Part shown: positions 16,887 to 24,101 of the stretch, piece by piece | Layout: every line of letters begins with the position of its first letter | Position numbering within the stretch: the first letter of the stretch is position 1 | IMG/VR virus record: IMGVR_UViG_3300023179_000399 | Location: 1-28,474 of that record | Strand: one strand, 5' to 3' | From: a virus | Taxonomy: Duplodnaviria > Caudoviricetes | DNA length: 28,474 nt | The notes under the pieces: generated by a model | What the model saw: the letters and a program-made list of their open reading frames with translations, nothing else | The model's database searches: none | What the model was told of the DNA's origin: nothing | Program-made: the position numbers and the translations under genes

Positions 16887-17615
16887 TTACTGCATCGGGC
16901 GCAGGAGGACGCCGTCAAAAATGACGCCGATCTTCAGCGGGTTGGTGGTGTCGTTGACGACGTTGCTGGCAATCACCGGAACGATCCCGGACGGGAACGA
17001 GATCTTGGCGTTGAACTGCTGTTCAGCCTCGATCAGGATGTTCGGATCGGTGATGTAGACGTTCTTCCTGGAGCGGATCTGCGTGGCCCAGGGGAGACCC
17101 ACCACCGTGGTCGTGCCCGTGGTGGGAACGGCCAGGATCTGGTTGGCGTAGCTGTTCTCGTAGTCGACCTCGTTTCCGGGCGGCGGCAGGTAGAGGAACG
17201 GCTTCGGGACGGTCGCAAACGGACGCGCCCCGATGTTCAGGGTGAAGACACCAGCCTGGGCGAATCCGTTGATGATGTCGCTGGACAGGGTCCGGGTGTC
17301 CAACGTGGCCTGGTTGGCGAGGGTGAATCCGTCCACGTCATTGGACGGGATGCGGATGTCCGTGCTGATGGACTTCAGCAGGAAGTGGGTCTGGCCGAAG
17401 GAACCCGCCTTCGGAAGATTGGTGTCCGCCGTGGTGACGCCGGTCTGTCCGGCCACCTGGCCGAAGAAGTTCAACTCGGTGGTGCCGGCGGAGGGGTACT
17501 GGATGTAGGACCACCACTGCCAGCGGACAGCCTGCCAGCGGGAGTAGTCGATGGTGCCGAACTGGGCACTCGCCGCCATGATGACGGCTTCGGATTGGGT
17601 CGAGGAGGTAGCCAT
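16887..17615 (-). CDS. Major capsid protein 1 (putative single jelly roll, 242 aa)
   Basis: FFGQ..GQ...T.ADTNLPKAGSFGQTHFLLKSI and C-terminal VIFDGVLLRPMQ. Confidence 0.75.
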   Translation of the reverse strand: MATSSTQSEAVIMAASAQFGTIDYSRWQAVRWQWWSYIQYPSAGTTELNFFGQVAGQTGVTTADTNLPKAGSFGQTHFLLKSISTDIRIPSNDVDGFTLANQATLDTRTLSSDIINGFAQAGVFTLNIGARPFATVPKPFLYLPPPGNEVDYENSYANQILAVPTTGTTTVVGLPWATQIRSRKNVYITDPNILIEAEQQFNAKISFPSGIVPVIASNVVNDTTNPLKIGVIFDGVLLRPMQ

Positions 17616-17645
17616 TTTTGGGGTCTGGTCGGTGTTGCGTGATGG

Positions 17646-18413
17646 TTACTCGCCCCAGGCGTTCGACGGGAACGCGCTGGAATTGTCGAGCGCGCCGTTC
17701 ATCGGGGAGACGGATGCGAACCGGCTCGCGGCCATGTAGCCGGGCGGCAACTGGCCGACCGCGGACGTCGGGGTGTAGTCGAGGTACTCGCCGAGGCCGA
17801 GGGTGGTCGCCTGGGCCGGGGCGTACTGCTTGATGCCGGTGGTGATACCGTTGATGAGACCGGAGAGCAGCATTCCCTTGGCGAGGTTCGGGCTGGCCTT
17901 GCGGGTCAGCATCGCACCGAGCAGGGGAATGCCGACCGCGTAGGCGACCTTGACCGCCTTGGCGGTGTTCGCATCGGTCGGAATCGGCAGCATCGAGGTG
18001 TTGTCCGACTTCTTCATGTTGAGAAGATAGTTGGTCAACACGATGCCACCGACACCACCGGCGGCGATGGTGAGGTTCTCCTTGGAGAAGGAGGACTTCA
18101 GCTGCTGGGCGATGCCACCGGAGCCACCACCGAACGGGTTCATGCGGAACCCGCCCCGGCGATGCGAACGACGCCGGCGCGGATTGGCGCGGGCGTAGAT
18201 CACGGCCGCGGACTTGGACCCGCGCAGGTGGCGGACCTTGACGATCACGCGGCGGGCGCAGCGCCGGCTCGAGCGGCGCTTGGTGGCGCTGGCGACGTGG
18301 CGGTAGGTGGTCTTGGATCCGCGGCGCGTGGCGACCAGCGGATTCCGGCGGGTCCGACGGCGCGAGGACTTGCGCTTGCGACGCCGGGGATTGAGGAGCA
18401 TGAGGCTTTTCAT
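17646..18413 (-). CDS. Arg-rich core/DNA-condensing protein with hydrophobic C-half and N-P repeats
   Basis: Protamine-like first ~90 aa with LLNP, RRNP, RANP, RMNP, then 2-3 hydrophobic helices; first gene of the capsid operon. Confidence 0.8.
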   Translation of the reverse strand: MKSLMLLNPRRRKRKSSRRRTRRNPLVATRRGSKTTYRHVASATKRRSSRRCARRVIVKVRHLRGSKSAAVIYARANPRRRRSHRRGGFRMNPFGGGSGGIAQQLKSSFSKENLTIAAGGVGGIVLTNYLLNMKKSDNTSMLPIPTDANTAKAVKVAYAVGIPLLGAMLTRKASPNLAKGMLLSGLINGITTGIKQYAPAQATTLGLGEYLDYTPTSAVGQLPPGYMAASRFASVSPMNGALDNSSAFPSNAWGE

Positions 18414-18423
18414 GTTATTCTGG

Positions 18424-18451
18424 GTTCTATCAGGAACGGAACATGTGTCAA
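18424..18451 (-). promoter_or_regulatory. Promoter of the core/capsid operon
   Basis: TTGACA-N16-TAGAAC with a TGn extension; ATG 10 nt downstream. Confidence 0.7.
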
Positions 18452-18496
18452 CAGGTTGATTCGGATCTGTGTGGTTTATTTTCGGACACTCCGGTC

Positions 18497-18709
18497 CTAG
18501 CGCCGGACGGCAATCGGGGAGTCGTTCACGTAGATGATGCCTGCGATGGCATTCACGTTGTTGATCTCCAAAAGGAAGGCTTCCTTGTTCCTGCCAACAC
18601 GGCGAAGAACACGGGCCGCGGTATCACGACGACCGGACCAGGACAGGTTGGGGAAAATCACCTGTTCACCGGTGGCATTCAGCTCGGATTGACGGATGGG
18701 GATGGTCAT
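18497..18709 (-). CDS. Hypothetical protein (70 aa, MTIPIRQ...)
   Basis: ATGA coupling to the upstream gene. Confidence 0.7.
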   Translation of the reverse strand: MTIPIRQSELNATGEQVIFPNLSWSGRRDTAARVLRRVGRNKEAFLLEINNVNAIAGIIYVNDSPIAVRR

Positions 18710-19287
18710 CGACGGGAGGGCTTGTAGGCCATGAAGTAGTAGTAGCCGAAGGCGAGTGCGGCGACCGGCAGGATGTACTTGGCCATCGAGCCGATGGTGC
18801 CGACCGCCTGTCCGACGTTGGACACCGCGCCCGTGGCACCGACGACCACGTCCGTACCCGTGCTGGGCAGCCTTCCGACCAGTCCGCCGATCCCGCTGAA
18901 GAGGGCGTCGAAGAACCCGTTGTCCCGCGCATACTGGCGGAACGTGGTGTCGAAGGACCGGGCGTCGATGGGCGAGGCGAAGAGTCCCTGCTTGTCCCAT
19001 GCGGTGATGAACCGGCGGTTGGCCTCCTCGAGCCCGTAGGCCCGCTTCAGCGCCATATGCCAGGTCATCCAGTCGGACGCGGTCCACCAGGTGTCGAATC
19101 CCCAGTTGTCGTAGTCCGGCGTCGCAGTCGCCGAGGTGGGGTCATTGGCCGCGGGCCAGCCTCCGTCCGGGGCGTCACCAAACGGCTGGAGCGGATTGCG
19201 GATCCGCTGGAACCCAAGCGTGGATGTCGCCGGCTTTCCGGGTCCGGGATATCCGACCTCGCGGAATGGGACGAAGGGGGAATTCAT
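18706..19287 (-). CDS. Trp-rich tail-anchored membrane protein (193 aa)
   Basis: Start MNSPFVPF via TGATG; ends YILPVAALAFGYYYFMAYKPSRR. Confidence 0.82.
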   Translation of the reverse strand: MNSPFVPFREVGYPGPGKPATSTLGFQRIRNPLQPFGDAPDGGWPAANDPTSATATPDYDNWGFDTWWTASDWMTWHMALKRAYGLEEANRRFITAWDKQGLFASPIDARSFDTTFRQYARDNGFFDALFSGIGGLVGRLPSTGTDVVVGATGAVSNVGQAVGTIGSMAKYILPVAALAFGYYYFMAYKPSRR

Positions 19288-19499
19288 CAGTCCTTCCTGT
19301 GGGACTTGAGCAGGTACTGGGCGGCGATGGTGCCGGCGATGCCGACGAGGATCCAGAAGCAGGGATTCTGGAACGTCGCGCCGAAGGACACCGGGACCAG
19401 GTCCACCGACGGCTTCGGCCGCGGGGTCGTGGACGGTGTCGACGACGCGTCGGTCTCGACCGTGGTCTTGCCGAAATCCTGGGTGTAGGCGGCAGTCAT
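19287..19499 (-). CDS. Small tail-anchored membrane protein (70 aa)
   Basis: Thr/Pro linker, FWILVGIAGTIAAQYLL, basic tail. Confidence 0.8.
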   Translation of the reverse strand: MTAAYTQDFGKTTVETDASSTPSTTPRPKPSVDLVPVSFGATFQNPCFWILVGIAGTIAAQYLLKSHRKD

Positions 19500-19981
19500 T
19501 TGCGGCGGAGGATGAAGTACAGGGCGATGGCACCGACCGCCAGCGCGACGCCTCCGATGGCGAGCGTGGACATTGGCAGTCCTGTGGTGGGATTGACCGT
19601 GACGGTGGTGGCGGCGACCGCGGGCGTGAAGGGGATCGGGTCGGTCACACCGGACACGAACACGTAGAAATTGCCGGCCCGGTCCTTGGCCTTCACCCCG
19701 GAGACCTGCTGCCCGTTGTAGGTGATGGTGACCGCTTCAAGGAACGTCCACCCCTGACTGCGAAGCAAGGACATCCGGGTCTCGTTCATGACACCGCGGA
19801 GATAGGTGCCGACACCCCACTGGTTGGCGAGGTCGACCACATCGCTGAGGACATCGCCGACACCGTCGATGCGCGGCGTGGCCAGGCCCATGCCGCGACC
19901 GGTCAGGTATCCGTCAGGGTTGGCGTTCAGCGCGGAGGTGTAGCCGCGGGCGAAGGGGACGAATGGGGAATTGAGGTTCAC
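19496..19981 (-). CDS. Tail-anchored membrane protein (161 aa)
   Basis: GTG start overlapping the upstream TGA; ends LAIGGVALAVGAIALYFILRRK. Confidence 0.8.
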   Translation of the reverse strand: MNLNSPFVPFARGYTSALNANPDGYLTGRGMGLATPRIDGVGDVLSDVVDLANQWGVGTYLRGVMNETRMSLLRSQGWTFLEAVTITYNGQQVSGVKAKDRAGNFYVFVSGVTDPIPFTPAVAATTVTVNPTTGLPMSTLAIGGVALAVGAIALYFILRRK

Positions 19982-20298
19982 TTGCGCTTTCGGGTTGCGA
20001 GGAAGACGAGGGCGAGGGCCGCGACACCGACGCCCCCGGCGATCAGCATCGTGTTGGTCGAGATGCCGGACTGCGGGGTCGTGGTGGACGTGGTCGTGGT
20101 CGTGGTCGGGTTGGTCGTGGCGCCCGGTCGGGGTCGGTTGGTCCCGAGGGCGTTCTGGAGAGGCGGGACCCACAACGGCGCGGAAAGGGTCAGGACCGGC
20201 ATGATCCAGTCCATCCAGCCCTTGGCCTCGCTGGTGCGGTCGGCAAAGGAGGATCCCATGCCCTTGACGAAATCGACGCGTTGGCAGGAGCAGCTCAT
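19978..20298 (-). CDS. Tail-anchored membrane protein (106 aa)
   Basis: Poly-Thr linker; ends LIAGGVGVAALALVFLATRKRK. Confidence 0.82.
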   Translation of the reverse strand: MSCSCQRVDFVKGMGSSFADRTSEAKGWMDWIMPVLTLSAPLWVPPLQNALGTNRPRPGATTNPTTTTTTSTTTPQSGISTNTMLIAGGVGVAALALVFLATRKRK

Positions 20299-20732
20299 TT
20301 CTTGTCGACGTTCTCGGCGAGGAAGTTGCGCAAAGCGGCGAAGAATTTGATGACAGTGTCCAGACTTGCAACAACTTCAACTTGAACATTGCGGTCAGTT
20401 CGACCAAGGCTACCTGCTCTCCCGTCAACAGACCCGAAAAACAACCTGATAAGGCTAGGGAGTGGAGTGAAACACTGGGTAATGAGAAAAGAGTACGGTC
20501 CCCTGATAGATACCAAAAGGGGGCGAACCTGGCTGTAAAACCTCGACATGGTATTGGCGAAGTTGGCATCCCTGCCAGCCAAGATGCGGGGGTCTTCAAG
20601 AGACCTGGTCACCTCCGAAACCTGCGGTGGGATAGGAATCGAGGCCCCCATCGCCATGACGCTCCCGCTACTGGTAAATTGTATGTTGCGACCCATGCTG
20701 GGAGTTGTTCCAGCATCGCCCATGGAACGCAA
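20295..20732 (-). CDS. Hypothetical protein (145 aa)
   Basis: Fills the operon; its stop overlaps the next ATG. Confidence 0.65.
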   Translation of the reverse strand: MRSMGDAGTTPSMGRNIQFTSSGSVMAMGASIPIPPQVSEVTRSLEDPRILAGRDANFANTMSRFYSQVRPLLVSIRGPYSFLITQCFTPLPSLIRLFFGSVDGRAGSLGRTDRNVQVEVVASLDTVIKFFAALRNFLAENVDKK

Positions 20733-20735
20733 GCA

Positions 20736-21347
20736 CTATCCGACAACCAGCCGGTCCCGGTACTGTGGCACGGGACCGTCCTTGGCGCAGGGATCCATGA
20801 GGATCCACTCGCCGTTCAGCGAATACTCGACAACCACATGGTTGTAGTGCTGCGAATTACCTAACTTGACAGCAACAGCACGGGTTGGAATTCCAATTGA
20901 TGTAAGCATTGAGCCCAACAGAACTACATGGTCATCGCAGTCTCCATAGGCAAATCCTTTTGATTTGATGACATTCAGCAAAACGAGAGGAGTCTGAATG
21001 TATTCGGCTCCGTCAGGATCTGCCAAATAGACCATCTTTGAGATGACCCACGAATACAACGTATTGGCATTGCGCCGCACGTCGTTGTTGACCCTGGAGT
21101 AGAGGATTGCGACCGCCGCGGCCCGCACCTGGGGATTCCTTCCAAACTGCTCGATCACAAACTGCAACGCCCCGATGATGGTGATGGCATCCGGGGCGTC
21201 GGGCGAGATGGGGATTCGGTGGACCGTCCCGTCAGGATCCAGCAGCTTGAGCCGGACCGGCAGACGGGGTGCCACCGCGTACCGGGCGGTGCCGGCGTCT
21301 TTTTCGGGGCTCGAATACAGGACTCGCATCCCCGCATTCTCCACCAA
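20736..21347 (-). CDS. Transglutaminase-like Cys-His-Asp enzyme (candidate maturation protease)
   Basis: Y..DP.G.E..QTP, GDCDD....L.S.L.SIG, NHV, W..MDP. Start may be 21329. Confidence 0.85.
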   Translation of the reverse strand: MVENAGMRVLYSSPEKDAGTARYAVAPRLPVRLKLLDPDGTVHRIPISPDAPDAITIIGALQFVIEQFGRNPQVRAAAVAILYSRVNNDVRRNANTLYSWVISKMVYLADPDGAEYIQTPLVLLNVIKSKGFAYGDCDDHVVLLGSMLTSIGIPTRAVAVKLGNSQHYNHVVVEYSLNGEWILMDPCAKDGPVPQYRDRLVVG

Positions 21348-21564
21348 TCTCCGGCCTTCGCAATGACATTGGCAACGACCGGTTGAACACCGAGAGCAAC
21401 GGGACCCGGAAAACGATCCGGGTCCCGTAGCGTCGGAAGATCAGGTCCGTGCCATCCGACTCGATGGACCAGGGATTGGTCCCGTGGTCAAACAGGTGAC
21501 CCAGTCGCGCCCGGTACTTGCGGCGTTGCAGGGGTGGCAGGCGCTTCTGCACTGGCTTCTTCAT
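21232..21564 (-). CDS. Basic hypothetical protein overlapping both neighbours
   Basis: GC3-rich codons across the 21347-21488 gap; start uncertain. Confidence 0.45.
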   Translation of the reverse strand: MKKPVQKRLPPLQRRKYRARLGHLFDHGTNPWSIESDGTDLIFRRYGTRIVFRVPLLSVFNRSLPMSLRRPEIGGECGDASPVFEPRKRRRHRPVRGGTPSAGPAQAAGS

Positions 21565-22696
21565 CGTCGGGACCGGGGTTCAGGATGACGTCGCGCAGGC
21601 TCTCGAACCATGCCCCGTTCTCGACCACGCCGGGCGTGTTGCCGAACAGGTCGGTGATCCAGGTCGGGCGCTCGAGGATCTGGCAGAGCATCTCGAACTC
21701 CACATCGTCGAGGAAGGAGTCGAGCATCGGCGAGATCTCGGTGACGTCCTTGTTCTCCTTCGCGGACTTCAACAGCAATGGCGTGGCGAAGCGCAGCTGC
21801 CCCAGGAGGTGCTCAACCCGGCGGTTGGTCTCGATGTACTGCGGATTGGGCTGTGGCGGTCCCACCGGGATCGGCTGTTGTGGCTGTTGCGGTGCCTGTG
21901 GCGGCTGCTGTGGATTGCGAGATGCCATGAAGGCACCAATGGCGGGGCCGACCACCTGGGCCAGCTTTGCGACCTTGTCGAGCATGTCTTCCTCTTTCGG
22001 TTCGGAATTGTTGGACGGTGAATCGTTCAGCTCCCGGAGCGCCTTCACGGTCGCTACCGTCTCGGCGATGCCCCCGCGGGGCTTCATGCTCTCGATCAGG
22101 AGCGGGGTGAGCAGCTCGATGATGTTGCCTCCCGCGGGTGCGGTCGGCGACTTGCCGGTGAGCGCGGCGACCAGGACCTCGGTGGAGGACTTCTGGTTCT
22201 GGAGCATCATGGTGAGGAGCAGCTGCTGCTGGGCCTGTGCCTGTGCGGCCTGGCGTTCGGCCATCTCGCGGGTTGCCAGAGCCTGTTCCTTGGCGTTGGC
22301 GAGCATCATCATCAGGAAATCGTTGGAACCCTGGGGCTGACCGGCGATCGGGGTCACGGGCTTTTCCGGTTCCTTGTAAATCTCCCCGATGTGGCGCGGG
22401 TGGACGCTGGTGCGAAGGGTCCTCACGTACTTGCCGGTACGGGTCGCCAACTTCAGCGTGTACTTGCCGCCACCGTAGAGGCGCTTCAGCTCCTCGAGGC
22501 TGAAGGTGTCGATGGGCATCTCGCCCTCGTAGTCGTATTCGGACCGTCCCGGTGCCTGCCGGTGGATCAGGACGCGTCCATCGGAAATGTCGAGCGACTT
22601 GGCCAAGTCGCGGATTCGTGAGATCTCCTCCTCGCCGTCGATGGAGGACTCGGTCTGCTGGCCTTCAAGTTCGGGAGCGTTCTGGAATTGGGACAT
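21488..22696 (-). CDS. Gln/Met-rich coiled-coil protein (402 aa; scaffold or membrane-assembly candidate)
   Basis: Start MSQFQN; YGGGKY domain, long Q/M/A helices, Pro/Gln linker, acidic helical C-domain. Confidence 0.8.
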   Translation of the reverse strand: MSQFQNAPELEGQQTESSIDGEEEISRIRDLAKSLDISDGRVLIHRQAPGRSEYDYEGEMPIDTFSLEELKRLYGGGKYTLKLATRTGKYVRTLRTSVHPRHIGEIYKEPEKPVTPIAGQPQGSNDFLMMMLANAKEQALATREMAERQAAQAQAQQQLLLTMMLQNQKSSTEVLVAALTGKSPTAPAGGNIIELLTPLLIESMKPRGGIAETVATVKALRELNDSPSNNSEPKEEDMLDKVAKLAQVVGPAIGAFMASRNPQQPPQAPQQPQQPIPVGPPQPNPQYIETNRRVEHLLGQLRFATPLLLKSAKENKDVTEISPMLDSFLDDVEFEMLCQILERPTWITDLFGNTPGVVENGAWFESLRDVILNPGPDDEEASAEAPATPATPQVPGATGSPV

Positions 22697-22698
22697 GT

Positions 22699-23109
22699 TC
22701 AGGAGATGAATTGGACCGCGGTGACTTTCGGGAAGGACTTGGTGTCGAGCAGCACGTCGAGCTGGTACGGGACGAACAGGGCCTTGGCATCGGTGGTGAT
22801 GCGCCATTCCTTGTCGATCACCGTCTCGGCCTTGAACTGGTGATGGTACTTCTGGTGGTGGACCCGCTTGTAGTCCGCGGTGCCGATGATCGCGTAGCGG
22901 ATCTCCGAGAGCTTCGCCCACTTCTTGCCGATGACCTCGGACATGCTGACGGGGCCATCGAGCACGTTGCCGGGCGTGGTCACCACCAGTTGTCCGCGCT
23001 GGTGGTCTAGGACGATCAGCTGCGCTGCCAACTGGTCGTCGAAACGGACCTTGGACCCGTCGGCAAGGACCAGTTCTTCGACGCTGTAAAAATGGGTCAG
23101 GGCGTTCAT
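22699..23109 (-). CDS. Hypothetical protein (136 aa)
   Basis: ATGA coupling; strong codon bias. Confidence 0.78.
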   Translation of the reverse strand: MNALTHFYSVEELVLADGSKVRFDDQLAAQLIVLDHQRGQLVVTTPGNVLDGPVSMSEVIGKKWAKLSEIRYAIIGTADYKRVHHQKYHHQFKAETVIDKEWRITTDAKALFVPYQLDVLLDTKSFPKVTAVQFIS

Positions 23110-23441
23110 GGTTCGTTGTATCGGATTCCAACCAGGTAGGTGACTTCGTCCTGCTGCAAAGTGTCGCCATCGGCTTCGGGGTCTTCCATCGGCTCGATGT
23201 CGGAGACATGTTTGGATGCCTCCACTCCATAAAATCCGGCTTCAACGGCCGCTTCGTGAAGCAGACTTGTGTCCAATCCTGCAAGAGAGAGGTCGTTCAG
23301 GGCGTCGTCAATGGCCTGACGTGCCGATGATCCCTCGCCAATGACGACACAGTCGAACCCGCGGAACGAAGCGCCCCACGTCAACAGTTCCCCTTCGGGG
23401 ACGATGCCAAGGTCCAGGATCTCAAATTGGTAGATAACCAT
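23106..23441 (-). CDS. Acidic hypothetical protein (111 aa)
   Basis: Start MVIYQFEI; D/E-rich. Confidence 0.72.
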   Translation of the reverse strand: MVIYQFEILDLGIVPEGELLTWGASFRGFDCVVIGEGSSARQAIDDALNDLSLAGLDTSLLHEAAVEAGFYGVEASKHVSDIEPMEDPEADGDTLQQDEVTYLVGIRYNEP

Positions 23442-23505
23442 GACGTGGACAGATAAATGCCATCCAGATGCCAGGATGTCACCACAAAATGTGCGCCTCG
23501 TGAAA

Positions 23506-23541
23506 TGAAAAAGACCCGCTCCGGGTCGCGGAGCGGGTCTT
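23506..23541 (-). terminator. Rho-independent terminator after the SSB candidate
   Basis: 13-bp stem aagacccgctccg/cggagcgggtctt followed by a T tract on the - strand. Confidence 0.85.
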
Positions 23542-23554
23542 GATGCGTGGCAGA

Positions 23555-23965
23555 CTACTTGCCCTTGCCCTTCGTGGTCGCGGTCGTGTCCAGCTCGACC
23601 TCGGACAGCTTGAACGCACGGTACTTCTTGCCCGTGGGGATCGCACCCATGATGCCGGCGAAAGTCTTGCCGATAAAACCGTCGCCAGGGTACTGCTCGA
23701 CGAGGTTGTCGCGCAGGACCTTGTTGAGGACGATGACCTGCGGCGTCCCGGTGGCGACGTCGACGACGTCGAGCAGCTCGGCTGCGGTCTGGATCGCGGC
23801 GCCGGGCTTCGGGGCGCGGCCGATGCGGATCGCGGACTTGACGGTGAACACCTTCTCGACCCCCTCGACCCACTTCCACACATCGGCGGTGACGTTCTTC
23901 TTGATGACGTAGTTGACGGACATGTTGACTTGTCGGCGTTCTGCGGCGGTGACAGTTGTAGGCAC
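23555..23965 (-). CDS. Putative single-stranded DNA-binding protein (OB-fold-like)
   Basis: Directly downstream of PolB with its own promoter and terminator; V.V.TG....IVL.KVL...L loosely recalls tectivirus SSBs. Start may be the ATG at MSVNY. Confidence 0.55.
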   Translation of the reverse strand: MPTTVTAAERRQVNMSVNYVIKKNVTADVWKWVEGVEKVFTVKSAIRIGRAPKPGAAIQTAAELLDVVDVATGTPQVIVLNKVLRDNLVEQYPGDGFIGKTFAGIMGAIPTGKKYRAFKLSEVELDTTATTKGKGK

Positions 23966-24001
23966 CTGATGTTGAACCCGCTTTCAGCTTCGACAGGTGT
24001 A

Positions 24002-24030
24002 GTTGTACGAAATGGTCGTGATGCTCACAA
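24002..24030 (-). promoter_or_regulatory. Putative promoter for the SSB candidate
   Basis: TTGTGA-N17-TACAAC with an AT-rich upstream element. Confidence 0.45.
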
Positions 24031-24051
24031 GGGAATTTCTTCAATTTCTGC

Positions 24052-24084
24052 AAACAAAACGACCCCCGGTTTCCCGGGGGCCGT
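24052..24084 (-). terminator. Rho-independent terminator after PolB
   Basis: acggcccccgg-GAAA-ccgggggtcgt followed by tttgttt on the - strand. Confidence 0.85.
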
Positions 24085-24101
24085 CCATGCCTAGTGTCGC
24101 G

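Noticed and set aside
20077-20120. gtg/gtc triplet repeats as an array or VNTR
   Set aside because: They simply encode the poly-Thr linker.
19496-20599. Long upstream extensions in the ORF track (also 21488-23284, 23106-24053, 18706-19533, 5432-6622)
   Set aside because: They overlap better genes on the same strand; internal starts coupled to or just after upstream stops or terminators give a clean tiling.
20295-20732. Possible M15 peptidase endolysin
   Set aside because: The SxH...D...H zinc ligands are not present.
23555-23965. GDGFIGKT matches the Walker A pattern (possible packaging ATPase)
   Set aside because: It lies near the C-terminus of a 136-aa protein with no preceding hydrophobic strand and no room for Walker B; chance match.
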